Source: an uncultured Thermoplasmata archaeon
GTDB taxonomy: Archaea > Thermoplasmatota > Thermoplasmata > Lutacidiplasmatales > UBA184
Length of the DNA: 64,000 nt
Assembly: GCA_963749195.1 (NCBI GenBank)
Contig: CAVVLX010000007.1
Coordinates: forward strand, 278,861 to 342,860
Reading direction: 5' to 3'
This document shows positions 18,197-29,103 of the stretch, piece after piece. The number at the start of each line of letters is the position of its first letter. Within the stretch, counting starts at the first letter, position 1. The notes under the pieces were generated by a model. The model saw only the letters and a program-made list of their open reading frames with translations. It was not told the DNA's origin and ran no database searches. Position numbers and translations under genes: made by a program.

Positions 18197-18297
18197 GAAG
18201 ATTGAGTGCCAAACATTCTGGTGGGATAAAAAGGGCGGCTGTGCCGATCGTGTCGGAGACCGAAACGCTATCATCAAAAGTCGGCTCGATGACTCCG

Positions 18298-19164
18298 ATG
18301 GCCGAGTTCGACCTGATCGTGCCCGAGACGGTCGACGCCGCCTTCGAAGCCCTCCGGGCCACCCCGGCGGAGGAAACCGTCGTCCTTGCCGGCGGGACGG
18401 ACCTCCTCCTCGATCTCGACGAAGGGCGCATCGCCGCCCGTCGGGTCGTCTCGTTACGTCGGCTGCCGTGGAAAGATCTCCAATGGAAGGACGGCCGATT
18501 GAGGATCGGGAGCACGCTGCCGTTAAGCGAGCTCGATGAGGACGAACGATTGCGGCGCGAGATCCCAGGACTCTGGCAGGCCGTGCATGCCGTCGGCGGT
18601 GTCGCGTTGCGACACCGAGCGACCATCGGGGGAAATCTCGCCCGTTCGGCACCGGCATCCGACCTGCTCCCGATGCTCTTGGCACTCGATGCGACGGTCG
18701 AGCTCGTCGGACCGCACGGTCCTCGCGTCGTGGACCTCGACAAGTTCCTCCAAGCCTCGCGTCAAACGGCCCTGACTCCGGGGGAACTCATTCGTTCGGT
18801 AGAAATTCCGGAGGCGCGCCCCTCAGAGTACCGCTGGCAGCGCGTTCGTCCAGCGAACGACATCTCTCAGGTCGGCGTCGCCGTGGCGCGGTCCCGGATC
18901 GAACCGGAGTGGAGAATCGCACTCGGCGGAGTCTCTCCCCGACCCATGCGGGTCGAGGAGGCCGAACGGTTGCTCTCGCCGGAACCGTCGGAAGAGGAGA
19001 TCCGAGAGGCGGCGAGTCGAGCAGCCGCGCGGGCTCCGTTCGCTACCGGCAAGCGAGCCTCAGAAGAGTATCGTCGCTTGCTCGTCCGAACTCTCGTCAC
19101 GAGGGCAATTATTTCCGTTCGGATGCAGAAATTCCCGGCGTCGGTTTCCTCAGGAGAACCGTGA
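18298..19164 (+). CDS. Xanthine/CO dehydrogenase-family FAD-binding subunit
   Basis: LAGGTDL, RATIGGNL, ASEEYRR. Confidence 0.9.
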   Translation: MAEFDLIVPETVDAAFEALRATPAEETVVLAGGTDLLLDLDEGRIAARRVVSLRRLPWKDLQWKDGRLRIGSTLPLSELDEDERLRREIPGLWQAVHAVGGVALRHRATIGGNLARSAPASDLLPMLLALDATVELVGPHGPRVVDLDKFLQASRQTALTPGELIRSVEIPEARPSEYRWQRVRPANDISQVGVAVARSRIEPEWRIALGGVSPRPMRVEEAERLLSPEPSEEEIREAASRAAARAPFATGKRASEEYRRLLVRTLVTRAIISVRMQKFPASVSSGEP

Positions 19165-19637
19165 AACGCGGGGAAATTCGGCTGGTCGTCAATGAGCGTG
19201 TCGAATCGATCCCGGACGTGCCGGTCCAAGAGCGATTGCTCGACACCCTTCGATGGAGGCTCGCGCTCCGAGGAACGAAAGAGGGATGCCGGACGGGGGA
19301 TTGCGGCGCTTGCACGGTGCTGGTCAACGAGCGTAGCGTGCTCTCCTGCCTCACGTTGACCCATGAGATCGACGGGGCTCGAATCGAGACGATCGAAGCC
19401 GTCGCCCGCGATCCGATCGGGCGCCGGGTCGTCTCAGCTTTTGAGTCCGAGGCCGCGCTTCAATGTGGATATTGCACGCCGGGCTTTGTGATGGCACTGA
19501 CGGGGCTCCTCAAGGAACGCGGCTCCGGCCCGCCGCTTTCCGAACTCCTGGACGACCTGCAGGGAAATCTCTGTCGGTGCACGGGGTATGCGACGATCGT
19601 TCGGGCCGTGTCGCGCGCCCGAGAAAGTGGCCGATGA
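19161..19637 (+). CDS. Xanthine/CO dehydrogenase-family 2Fe-2S subunit
   Basis: GTKEGCRTGDCGACTV, QCGYCTPG, GNLCRCTGY. Confidence 0.92.
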   Translation: MKRGEIRLVVNERVESIPDVPVQERLLDTLRWRLALRGTKEGCRTGDCGACTVLVNERSVLSCLTLTHEIDGARIETIEAVARDPIGRRVVSAFESEAALQCGYCTPGFVMALTGLLKERGSGPPLSELLDDLQGNLCRCTGYATIVRAVSRARESGR

Positions 19638-21838
19638 GCTCGCTCGCGCGTCCCGACAGCCCACTCAAGCTGCGCGGAGGCGCCGTCTACGGTACGGACC
19701 TCGAGGTCCCGGGGATGCTCTGGGGCGTACTCGTGCCCTCCCCCGTCGCGGCGGGACGGGTGCGGTCGATCGATTTGACCGCGGCACGACAGATTCCCGG
19801 GGCGGTGGCGGTCGGACCCGAAGAGGTATTGCAGCTTCTCCCGCACGGTGGGGGGGATCCGGAGCGACCCGTCTTCCCCCACGGAGAAATCAGTTACCTC
19901 CACCAGCCGTTGGCTGCGGTCGCCGCCCCTACCCTCGAAGGAGCCCGACGCGCGGCCGCTCAGGTGCGACTAGACGTGGAATCTCGAACGATCTCCGAAG
20001 ATCTGGACGAGCTGTTCCCCGAGTGGCCCGAGCCGGGCGGGGCCCAATCGCCCCATGTGATCGCGCACGTCCACGCGCGGCACGGCGAAGTGGAGCAGGA
20101 GTTCCACGCGGCGGACGTAGTTTTCTCGGAGACCTATCGGACTTCGGGGGTTCATCAGGTCGCGATGGAACCCCACGCCTGCCTGGCCGAGGTGACCGGG
20201 GATCACTGGCGCGTTCGAACATCCACCCAGAGCCCTTTCGGAACGCGAGAAGATACGGCGTCGATCCTGGGCATCTCGGAACAGGCCCTGACGGTCGAGG
20301 GTTCTTGGGTCGGAGGTGGATTCGGAGGAAAAGGCGCCGCCTTTTTGGAGCCGTATGCCCTGCTCTTGGCCCGAGCGTCGGGTCGTCCCGTGCGCCTGGC
20401 CCTGAATTACCGGGAAGAGTTTCTCCTCGGTCGGACGACGTTGCCGTCGGTGATCCGAATCGAGACCGGCGTGCAGAAGGGTCGAATGACGGTTCGACGC
20501 GTTCGGCTCCTCTTAGATGCCGGAGCCTCGCTCCCGGGTCGGGATTTCGCCACCGGTTATGCGATCGGTTTCCTCGCCGGACCTTATCGAATCCCTGCCA
20601 TCGAGCTGGAAGGCTATGCCATTCGAACGCACAAGCCGCCATTCGGGCCTCATCGAGCACCGTTCGCGCCCCAGTGTGCCTTCGTCCAAGAATCGCACAC
20701 CGATGGATTGGCGCGCCGGATGGGAGTCGATCCCGTTGAGTTTCGCCAACAGCACGCCTGGAACGCCGGCGATTCGACCGCGTTGGGCCAAACGGTGCTG
20801 CCGTTCGGATTGTCGGAATGCTTGGCTCGGGCCGCCGAGGTCGTCCAGCGATGGCGTTCCGAAATGCCCAAAGGACACGGCATCGGAGTGGGACTCGGAT
20901 ACTGGTCCACCGGTACCGGGGCGGGAGGCGAAGTTCGGCTCCGACTCACCCCCTCGAAGCTCTTCATCGATCAAGGAGAGCGGGAGATCGGGAGCGGCAG
21001 CGTCCTCCGAGGGCTCTCCGCGGCGGCCGAGCGAGTGTTGGGGCTCCCTCGCGAAGTGATCGAGGTGAATTACCTCGACACCGATACTGCCCCGTTCGAC
21101 TCCGGGGTCTTCGGAAGTCGCACCGTCGGAGCCCTGGGCCAGGCCGTCGAAAAGGCGGCTCGAGAGCTCCAGCATCAACTGTCAGAGCGGTTGGGCAAGG
21201 CCGGACCATGGCAATTCACCATCGTCGACGGAGCCCTTGCCGTCGAACAGGGAAGGGCCGCTCGCCCCATTTCCGAGCTCCTCACCGACGAAGAACATCA
21301 CGGGGCCGGATTGATGGTCGGGGCGCGTCACTACGGTTCGGGCGGGTCGATCGACGAAGGCCGCGTGCTCCTGGGGTCGTTCTATCCGTACACGGATTTT
21401 ACTGCGGCGGTCCATGTCGCGCAGGTCGACGTGGACCGGGAAACCGGCGCAATCCGCGTCGAGCGGTACGCCGCTTTTCAAGATGCCGGAACGGTTCTCG
21501 ATCTCGCGATGGCGCGGGGCCAGATCGAAGGGGGAATCGCGATGGGTCTTGGGCAGGCGCTCACCGAAGAAATGCTGTGGACGACGGACGGGACCTTACG
21601 CAACCCCACGTTGCTCGATTACCGGATCCCGACGCTCGGCGAGATCCCTCCGCTCGAAATCGACTTCGTCGAGGGATTTCTCGGCGCCGGTCCGTTTGGG
21701 GCGAAAGGCCTCGGCGAGCCGCCCATCATTCCAGTGCCAGCGACGATCGCGAATGCGGTGGCCGACGCGATCGGGGTTCACTTGAAGGAGCTTCCCCTCA
21801 CTGCCGAACGCGTCGCCCGAGCCCTTAAGTTGGTCTGA
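19634..21838 (+). CDS. Xanthine dehydrogenase-family molybdopterin-binding subunit
   Basis: TQSPF, VGGGFGGK, GQIEGG..MGLGQAL, GAKGLGEPP. Confidence 0.92.
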   Translation: MSSLARPDSPLKLRGGAVYGTDLEVPGMLWGVLVPSPVAAGRVRSIDLTAARQIPGAVAVGPEEVLQLLPHGGGDPERPVFPHGEISYLHQPLAAVAAPTLEGARRAAAQVRLDVESRTISEDLDELFPEWPEPGGAQSPHVIAHVHARHGEVEQEFHAADVVFSETYRTSGVHQVAMEPHACLAEVTGDHWRVRTSTQSPFGTREDTASILGISEQALTVEGSWVGGGFGGKGAAFLEPYALLLARASGRPVRLALNYREEFLLGRTTLPSVIRIETGVQKGRMTVRRVRLLLDAGASLPGRDFATGYAIGFLAGPYRIPAIELEGYAIRTHKPPFGPHRAPFAPQCAFVQESHTDGLARRMGVDPVEFRQQHAWNAGDSTALGQTVLPFGLSECLARAAEVVQRWRSEMPKGHGIGVGLGYWSTGTGAGGEVRLRLTPSKLFIDQGEREIGSGSVLRGLSAAAERVLGLPREVIEVNYLDTDTAPFDSGVFGSRTVGALGQAVEKAARELQHQLSERLGKAGPWQFTIVDGALAVEQGRAARPISELLTDEEHHGAGLMVGARHYGSGGSIDEGRVLLGSFYPYTDFTAAVHVAQVDVDRETGAIRVERYAAFQDAGTVLDLAMARGQIEGGIAMGLGQALTEEMLWTTDGTLRNPTLLDYRIPTLGEIPPLEIDFVEGFLGAGPFGAKGLGEPPIIPVPATIANAVADAIGVHLKELPLTAERVARALKLV

Positions 21839-21854
21839 CCTAGCGGAGGAGCCA

Positions 21855-23012
21855 ATGCCCATCGAACGCGCGCGCATCGCGGCGATCGTTGCGGCCTACG
21901 ACGCGGCGCCCCGAATCGCTGCGGTGGGCTCGCATTCGGCGCTCGACATCGCCGATGGTGCCGTGACGGAGGGGTTCCGTAGCCTCGTGCTCGCCCAGCG
22001 CGGTCGGGAGCGAACCTACACCCAGTACTATAGCACTCTTCGCAACGCCGAAGGGGACCGCGAACGGGGATGCGTTGACGAGATTTGGTCGTTCGACCGA
22101 TTTTCCGAGATCGCGCACCCCGAAGTGACCGAGCGGCTTCGGCAATCGAGCGCCCTTCTGGTTCCCAATCGAGCGTTCAGTTCCTACCTTCCACTGAATC
22201 AGATCGAAGATCAGTTTGCGGTCCCAATCGTCGGCTCGCGAACCCTGCTGCGCATCGAAGAGCGCAGCGAACGAGAGAATTATTACTCGCTGCTCGCGGA
22301 GGCGGGATTGCCCATTCCGACGGCGATTCCGTCCCCGCAAGAGATCGACGGATTGTCGATCGTGAAGCTCCCGCATGCGACGAAACGGCTCGAACGGGGA
22401 TTCTTCACCGTCGCGAATCCGGAGGAGTACGCGCGAAAGAGTGAGCTCCTCCTGAACCGTCAGATGATTTCCGCCGACGATCTGGTGCATGCCCGGATCG
22501 AACGCTATGTGCTCGGTCCGGTCTTTAATTTCAACTTCTTTTTCTCCCCCCTCGTTCGCCGGGAAGCGGGGCTGGAGTTACTTGGAGTCGACGAACGACG
22601 CGAAAGCTCGCTAGACGGGCTGGTACGCCTGCCGGCGGCGCAGCAGCTGGAGATGAGTCCGGCCGACCGGATCCCGGAATACACCGTGGTGGGCCACGGA
22701 TCGTTGACTGTTCGGGAGTCGCTGCTAGAGGAAATCTTCCAACTCGGCGAGCGTTTTGTCGACGCAACGCGCGAACGATACCCCCCCGGGATCTTGGGAG
22801 CGTTCTGTTTGCAAACCTGCATCGATCACGACGGTCATCCCACGATCTTCGATGTCGCGGCTCGTCTTGGGGGGGGGACGAACATCCATCTCGGCCTCGG
22901 TCATCCTTACGGCAACGCGTTGTGGCGGGTGCCCATGAGCTCGGGTCGTCGAATCGCGCGGGAGATCCGTGCGGCGCTCGACACCGGCCGATTGGCGGAG
23001 ATTGTGACATGA
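21855..23012 (+). CDS. purP: PurP-family formate-dependent FAICAR synthetase (ATP-grasp)
   Basis: GSHSALDI, KRLERGFF, FDVAARLGGGTN, MSSGRRIAREIR. Confidence 0.88.
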   Translation: MPIERARIAAIVAAYDAAPRIAAVGSHSALDIADGAVTEGFRSLVLAQRGRERTYTQYYSTLRNAEGDRERGCVDEIWSFDRFSEIAHPEVTERLRQSSALLVPNRAFSSYLPLNQIEDQFAVPIVGSRTLLRIEERSERENYYSLLAEAGLPIPTAIPSPQEIDGLSIVKLPHATKRLERGFFTVANPEEYARKSELLLNRQMISADDLVHARIERYVLGPVFNFNFFFSPLVRREAGLELLGVDERRESSLDGLVRLPAAQQLEMSPADRIPEYTVVGHGSLTVRESLLEEIFQLGERFVDATRERYPPGILGAFCLQTCIDHDGHPTIFDVAARLGGGTNIHLGLGHPYGNALWRVPMSSGRRIAREIRAALDTGRLAEIVT

Positions 23013-24208
23013 GCGATGCGCCATCGGATCCACGACCGTCCGCTACTCCTCCCCTCCGCCACACGCCCCTTTTCCCCTTCCATGTCAAGCATCGAGGACA
23101 TCTCGTCCCGTTCGCCGGTTGGGAAATGCCCCTGTACTATACCGGAATCGTCCCGGAGCACGAAGCCGTCCGATCCTCGGCCGGTTTTTTTGACGTCTCC
23201 CACATGGGCATTCTCACGGTCGGCGGCGCCCACGCCGCGGCGCTGCTGAGCCGTCGGACCACGGCCAACGTGGCCAAGATCGGCCCCGGTCAGTGCCGGT
23301 ACACCTTTCTGCTCGACTCCACGGGGGCGATCGTCGACGACCTGTTGATCACCCGGATCGACGACGGCTCGGAGCCGGTGGGGAACTATCTGGTCATTCC
23401 GAACGCGGCCTGGGCGGAGAAAGTCTACACGCTGTTCCGCGAGCATCGCCAACCCGACACCGACGTCGATCGCTGGAACGGAGCGGTCGCGATCCTGGCC
23501 GTGCAGGGATCCGCCGCCCGATCGGTTCTCGAGCGATTGTTTGGCTGGCAGCTGGGCCAACTGAAGTTCTATCACGCGGCCTGGTTCCCTGCGCATTCGT
23601 CAACGGGGGCGCCCGCCACCGGAAGAACGAAAGTTAAGATCCCCGAGGATCTCGAAACTGGAATTTGGGTCAGCCGGACGGGATACACCGGCGAGCCTGG
23701 CTACGAACTGTTCGTTCGGGGAGCGGACGCCGAGGCGATCGCCGATCGACTCGTCGGCGCTGGGATCCCGCCGTGCGGTCTTGGCGCCCGAGATACGCTA
23801 CGCCTCGAGAAGGGATACCTGCTCTCCGGCCAAGATTTTCACCAGGATCGAACGCCGCTCGAGGCCGGCCAAGACCGGTTCGTCGAGTTCGACCACCCGT
23901 TCGTGGGCCGCGAGGCGCTCGAGCGGCAGCAGAAAACCGGGATTCCCGCCCGGCTCGCCGGAATACAAATCGAGCTCGTCGGCGCGATTCCCCGTCACGG
24001 GACGCCGGTACTCCATGGGGGTCAGCCGGTAGCGGTCGTGACGAGTGGGGGGCCCTCGCCGATTTTGAAACACGGCATCGCCCTCGCGTACCTACCGCCG
24101 GCCCTCACGACGAAAGGTACGGAGGTCGAGCTCGAGATCCGTGGGCGTCCGGTGCCGGGCCGGGTGGTCGACCTACCCTTCGTTCCCGCTTCGAGCGCGC
24201 GACGGTGA
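23009..24208 (+). CDS. gcvT: Glycine cleavage aminomethyltransferase T
   Basis: FAGWEMPLYY, FDVSHMG, SRTGYTGEPGYE, GLGARDTLRLEKG. Confidence 0.95.
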   Translation: MSDAPSDPRPSATPPLRHTPLFPFHVKHRGHLVPFAGWEMPLYYTGIVPEHEAVRSSAGFFDVSHMGILTVGGAHAAALLSRRTTANVAKIGPGQCRYTFLLDSTGAIVDDLLITRIDDGSEPVGNYLVIPNAAWAEKVYTLFREHRQPDTDVDRWNGAVAILAVQGSAARSVLERLFGWQLGQLKFYHAAWFPAHSSTGAPATGRTKVKIPEDLETGIWVSRTGYTGEPGYELFVRGADAEAIADRLVGAGIPPCGLGARDTLRLEKGYLLSGQDFHQDRTPLEAGQDRFVEFDHPFVGREALERQQKTGIPARLAGIQIELVGAIPRHGTPVLHGGQPVAVVTSGGPSPILKHGIALAYLPPALTTKGTEVELEIRGRPVPGRVVDLPFVPASSARR

Positions 24209-24236
24209 TATAGGCGGCCGACCCCCTGACGAAGTG

Positions 24237-26675
24237 ATGGACTCCGCCTCGGAAACTATGCGCCCGTTCATCGGGCGTCTCGACGCGGTGGAATCGCTGA
24301 CCCGCCAGAGCGAGGACACGCTGGCCGGTCGAGGGGGCGTGACGTTCCTGGTCGGGGAAACGGGAGTCGGGAAGTCGACCCTCGTTGCCGAGATCGTCGC
24401 GCGCGCGCGAGATCAAGGCATTCGCGTCCTGACGGGTCGGGCTCCCGCGCTCGAGGATCCACCGCCGTTCCTCCTGATCCGGGAGGCGCTCGAAAGCGCG
24501 CAGCTCATCTCTGAGGGTCCTCCTTTCGCGCGGAACACGGCGCACGCCGCCTCGGTCCCTCCGTCCCCGGAAGCGGTCTTCATTGGATTCGCGCCGGGAT
24601 TCGAAAACAAACCGCGGAACGAACCGGTCGAGGTCGAAGAACGACTGCTCCATGCCTTGACCGAAGCCGGAGAGCGCACGGATACGAATCGCGAGCGATT
24701 GCTGACCGGACTCGCCGATCAGTTTCTGATGTTGACCGCACGGGGTCCGACCATGCTGGTGCTCGAAGATCTTCACCTCGCGGACGTCTCGTCCATCGGC
24801 TGCGTCGAGTACCTCGCCTCGCAATTGGAGAATCGACCGCTCTGGATTCTCGCGTCCTTGCGATCCTACGCTTCGCTCCCCGAAGAGCGACGGCAGCGTC
24901 TGGAGCGACTGGAGCAGACGACGCACGCCAGCCGGATCGTCGTGCGTCCATTCACTTCGTCGGAGCTTGCGGATTTCGTGCGCGTCCTCGAGCCCGATCG
25001 ATCGACGACCGCGGAACAGATCGCCCGCTGGCACTCGGAGACCGGCGGTAATCCGCTGTTTCTCGAACAGATCCTCCGCATGCGTCGAGAAGGGGCCGCG
25101 CCCACCGAGTTCTCGGAGACCCCTTCGTCCCCCAATCTCGCCGAGTTTCTCGCGCGCACCTTGCCCGGTTTGGATGAGGAAGAGCAGCGCGTCGTCGCCG
25201 TCGCCTCGGTGCTCGGCCAGGAGTTTCCGTTCGCCCTGCTGCTCGGGTCGAGCGGAGAAGAGGAGGAACGGCTCGCCGAAATCACCGACCGCTTGGTCGG
25301 TCACGGCGTGTTGGTGGAGCATCCGGACGAGCAGTTGGCCTTCGTCAGTGATGAGATTCGCAGCCAAGTCTATTCCAGCCTCACGGAAACGCGCCGCCGG
25401 CTCCTCCACCGCCACGCCGCCGCGGCGCTCGAATCAACCTCCTCGGTTGATGTCGAGACGATCTACGCCCTCGCGCGTCATTTCTTTCTGGGCAAAGTGG
25501 ACGATAAGGCCGTTCAATACAATCGAATGGCCGCCGACTTCGCCATCCGGACGTTTTCTCCCCTGATCGCCCGAGAGCATCTCGAGCGTGCGCTAGACGC
25601 CCACCAGCGCGCGTATCCCAAGGACGCCGGGGGTGAGATCGACCTCACCCTGGAGCTGGCGATCCAGCTCGACCATCTCGGCGAGCTGCAGACCGCCGAA
25701 CAACTCCTGCGCAAGATTCTGCGACGGCGAGCGGTCCACCAACAGGAGATGGCCGCGCAAGAGATTCTCGTCGAGCTATACCTCGTTCGGGTCCTGTCCG
25801 ATCAGGGCGCCTGGACGGAAGCGGAAAGCACCACCCGGGAGCTCGCGAGCCGGATCGGCCCCCACACCACTCCCCTCACGCAGATCGCCTTTCACCGTCT
25901 TCGAGGGGAGGCCCTCTTCTACCTAGGACGCTATCCTGACGCTCTCGCGGAACACGATGCTGCCTTAGCCCTCGCCCGTGCCATCCCGAACGAGCGAGAG
26001 ATTGCCCTGGAGGAAGTGCGTCGGGGGACCGCGCTCTCGATGATGTCTGGCCGGATGGAGGAAGCGATCGATGGAGTCCGTAACGGCGCCCGCGCCCTAG
26101 AACGCCTCGGCGACCACCGGGAAGCCTCGTTCGCCCACATCTTTCTTGGCGCGACCTTCGGAGGAGAAGGTCGGCTCGACGAGTCGGCCGGGGAGTTCCG
26201 CCGAGCCCTCGAGTTGGGCGAAGAAGCCCACGATCCTCGCCGCGTGGGATGGTCCCGTTTCAATCTTGCGGATATTCTGCGGGAGCAGAAACAGTTCGAC
26301 GAGGCGCTCGAACAGAATCGGCGGTCGCGCCAAATTCTCGAGCGCATCGGGGACCGATTCGCGCTCGTCCAGACCATGATCATCCAAGGGAAGATCCTTC
26401 TCGACCAGGGGCGCCTCGACGAGGCCGAGGTGGAGCTCCTGGACGCCTTCCGATTGGTACGGGAGTTGAAGACGCCGGCGGATGAAGTGGATGTGGTGCT
26501 GCGCCTGGCTCAGCTGGCTTGGGCGCGGGGCGATCGAGCAGCGGCGGAGCGACGGGTCGAGGAGCTCGAGCGCCAGGGGATCGATCGCCTTCGCCCGGAC
26601 ATTGCGAATGATTTTGCCCGGTTGAAGGCGTCGCTTTCCGAGCCCATCGGCCCAACGAGAAATGCCCGCTCCTAG
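24237..26675 (+). CDS. STAND-like AAA ATPase with C-terminal TPR repeats
   Basis: Walker A GETGVGKST, Walker B LVLEDLH, GGNPLFL motif, TPR-like helices. Confidence 0.85.
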   Translation: MDSASETMRPFIGRLDAVESLTRQSEDTLAGRGGVTFLVGETGVGKSTLVAEIVARARDQGIRVLTGRAPALEDPPPFLLIREALESAQLISEGPPFARNTAHAASVPPSPEAVFIGFAPGFENKPRNEPVEVEERLLHALTEAGERTDTNRERLLTGLADQFLMLTARGPTMLVLEDLHLADVSSIGCVEYLASQLENRPLWILASLRSYASLPEERRQRLERLEQTTHASRIVVRPFTSSELADFVRVLEPDRSTTAEQIARWHSETGGNPLFLEQILRMRREGAAPTEFSETPSSPNLAEFLARTLPGLDEEEQRVVAVASVLGQEFPFALLLGSSGEEEERLAEITDRLVGHGVLVEHPDEQLAFVSDEIRSQVYSSLTETRRRLLHRHAAAALESTSSVDVETIYALARHFFLGKVDDKAVQYNRMAADFAIRTFSPLIAREHLERALDAHQRAYPKDAGGEIDLTLELAIQLDHLGELQTAEQLLRKILRRRAVHQQEMAAQEILVELYLVRVLSDQGAWTEAESTTRELASRIGPHTTPLTQIAFHRLRGEALFYLGRYPDALAEHDAALALARAIPNEREIALEEVRRGTALSMMSGRMEEAIDGVRNGARALERLGDHREASFAHIFLGATFGGEGRLDESAGEFRRALELGEEAHDPRRVGWSRFNLADILREQKQFDEALEQNRRSRQILERIGDRFALVQTMIIQGKILLDQGRLDEAEVELLDAFRLVRELKTPADEVDVVLRLAQLAWARGDRAAAERRVEELERQGIDRLRPDIANDFARLKASLSEPIGPTRNARS

Positions 26676-27537
26676 GGCCGGCCCGCGCCGGACCCGACGG
26701 AGCCCTCCGCTCCGGGCGGTGGTCGCGCGCGCGCTTCGGGAAGATCGTGTGGACCGAGATCGTACGACCCGGGCCCTGCTGCCGACGCGCCTATCGGTGC
26801 ATGCCCGGGTCGTGAGCCAAGCGAAGGGAATCCTATCGGGAGTCCTCGTGGCGCGGGAGGTCGCCCGCCTATCCGGAGTTCGCCTTCATGCCATTCGGGT
26901 CGACGGCCAGTCGGTCCGACCCGGGATGACGGTCCTCGAGCTCGACGGGGACGCTCGGAAGATCCTCGCCCTCGAACGCACATTGCTGAACTTTCTGATG
27001 CATCTATCGGGTATCGCGACCGCGACGGCCCGTGCGGTCGCGGCCGTGGGTCCCGGACGGAACCGGCCCAAGATCTATGCAACCCGCAAGACGACCCCGG
27101 GGTTGAGAGCGCTCGAGAAAGCTGCGGTCGTGCACGGAGGCGGATGGCCTCATCGACGGAGTCTCGCGGAAGCGATCCTGATCAAGAACAACCATCTCGA
27201 GCTCGTGGCCCTTCCGCTCGCGATCGAGAACGCCCGGCGCCACGATCGCACTCCGATCGAAGTCGAAGTGCGGTCGAACCGGGAGGCGGTGCTCGCAGCC
27301 CGACTCGGCGCCGAACGACTCTTGATCGACAATGCGCCGCCCGCTCGGGCTCGCGCCATCGTACGATCCCTCGAGCGCGCGCATCTTCGGAACGGTCGAT
27401 GGATCGAGCTTTCAGGGGGGATCACCCCACAAAACGCGGGCCGCTATCGGGCAACCGGCGCGGATGCGCTGAGTCTCGGGGCGCTCACCCACTCCGCTCC
27501 GGCGCTCCCGTTCCACCTGCGGGTCACCCGACGGTAA
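26662..27537 (+). CDS. nadC: Quinolinate phosphoribosyltransferase
   Basis: ERTLLNFL..LSGIAT, ATRKTTPG, EVEV, ELSGGI, SLGALTHS. Confidence 0.93.
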   Translation: MPAPRAGPRRTRRSPPLRAVVARALREDRVDRDRTTRALLPTRLSVHARVVSQAKGILSGVLVAREVARLSGVRLHAIRVDGQSVRPGMTVLELDGDARKILALERTLLNFLMHLSGIATATARAVAAVGPGRNRPKIYATRKTTPGLRALEKAAVVHGGGWPHRRSLAEAILIKNNHLELVALPLAIENARRHDRTPIEVEVRSNREAVLAARLGAERLLIDNAPPARARAIVRSLERAHLRNGRWIELSGGITPQNAGRYRATGADALSLGALTHSAPALPFHLRVTRR

Positions 27538-27593
27538 CCACGCTCCACTTCGCTTAAGAGTGGTCCGGACCTCGTTAAGGTGAAGGAGGGGCG

Positions 27594-28499
27594 GTGTCGC
27601 TCGAAGCGGAGGTCCGGCGGCTGAAAGACAGCCAGAACGCGGTCCTACTGGCGCACAACTATCAACTCCCCGAGGTGCAGGACGTGGCCGACTTCGTCGG
27701 AGATTCGCTCTACCTTTCTCGGAAGGCCGTCGAAGCCGACCGCTCGGTGATCTGCTTCGCCGGGGTCCGTTTCATGGCCGAGACGGCGAAGATCCTTAAC
27801 CCGAGCAAGACCGTGCTCCTGCCCGACCTAAAAGCCGGCTGCGGTCTCGCCGACTCAATCACCGCGGAGCAGCTCCGGGAGTGGAAGACGCAACATCCCG
27901 ACGCGGTCGTCGTCGCGTACATCAACACCTCCGCCGACGTGAAGGCGGAAGCCGACTACTGTTGCACGAGTTCCAACGCCCTCAAGATCGTCCGTGGCAT
28001 CCCCGCCGACAAGGAGATCCTCTTCCTGCCGGATATGTTTCTCGGGGACTACGTTCGTCAAAAGACCGGTCGATCGATGCACTTGTGGGCGGGCGACTGT
28101 CCGGTGCACGCGAAGCTCCGCCCCGAAGAAGTGGATCGCGCCCGGGCGGCTCACCCGGGCGCTCCGTTGATCGCTCACCCCGAATGCGGCTGCGCCTCGC
28201 AGGTACTCCCGCACGTCGATCAGGTGTTATCCACCGACGGGATGGTGCGCTTTGCCGAGGAGACCCGGGCACCGGAAGTCCTGGTCGCGACGGAGGTTGG
28301 GATACTGCACCGCATGCGACGCCTCAACCCCACCACCCGATTCATCGCGCTGTCTGAGGGGGCGATCTGCCCGTACATGAAGCAAATCGACCTAGCGGAC
28401 ATCCGAGATTCTTTGGCGTTTCGACAGTTCGTGATCGACGTTCCGTCGGAGACCGCCCTGCGAGCTCGGCGGGCCCTGGACCGAATGATCGCCGCGTAG
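27594..28499 (+). CDS. nadA: Quinolinate synthase
   Basis: LAHNYQ, GDSL, FMAETAK, YINTS, AHPEC, CPYMK. Confidence 0.95.
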   Translation: MSLEAEVRRLKDSQNAVLLAHNYQLPEVQDVADFVGDSLYLSRKAVEADRSVICFAGVRFMAETAKILNPSKTVLLPDLKAGCGLADSITAEQLREWKTQHPDAVVVAYINTSADVKAEADYCCTSSNALKIVRGIPADKEILFLPDMFLGDYVRQKTGRSMHLWAGDCPVHAKLRPEEVDRARAAHPGAPLIAHPECGCASQVLPHVDQVLSTDGMVRFAEETRAPEVLVATEVGILHRMRRLNPTTRFIALSEGAICPYMKQIDLADIRDSLAFRQFVIDVPSETALRARRALDRMIAA

Positions 28500-28520
28500 A
28501 TCGTTTCGGAGCCTCACCGT

Positions 28521-28868
28521 TCAGAGGTGGGGAACGATCGGACCCCAGCCTCGTAGGTAGAAGAGATAGGTGACGCCGGCGAGGCCGAGTGCGCCCAAAA
28601 AGACCACGCCGATGGCGGCCCACGACGGCTTGATGTTGAGATAGTAGGTGATCGCCAATGGATTCAGTCGGGAAGAAAGAAAGGAGAATCCCGACGCGAA
28701 GAGTACGAGCGCCAACAGGGCGGGCACGAACAACGAATACGTGCCGAGGTAGACCCCGAGGAGAACCACGACAACGACGACGGGAATTGCGGCATTGGAA
28801 TGGCGGGCGACCGGATTGCTGACGTTCGACCGAACCATCGGTCGTCGATACGCCGCGGTGCGGTGCAT
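28521..28868 (-). CDS. Small membrane protein
   Basis: Three hydrophobic segments; start uncertain. Confidence 0.55.
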   Translation of the reverse strand: MHRTAAYRRPMVRSNVSNPVARHSNAAIPVVVVVVLLGVYLGTYSLFVPALLALVLFASGFSFLSSRLNPLAITYYLNIKPSWAAIGVVFLGALGLAGVTYLFYLRGWGPIVPHL

Positions 28869-29103
28869 GCGCGAGTACCGCGAATCGCAGGTACAAAACT
28901 TCGTAGCTGGAGCGGCAACGAAACGCTTCCCAACCCCCTCCCCCCTAGAAGAAGCTTCATAGCGGGGGAGGTGGGTTCCCCGCCGGAACGATTCCGGCCA
29001 AAAAGGGTCGTCCTACGCGTGACGTAGTCGGAGGTCCAATGATGAGCACGCTCGGTCTGCAGACGAGTTCATCGAGCCGTCGCCCGAGGTCGTCGGGGCG
29101 TTA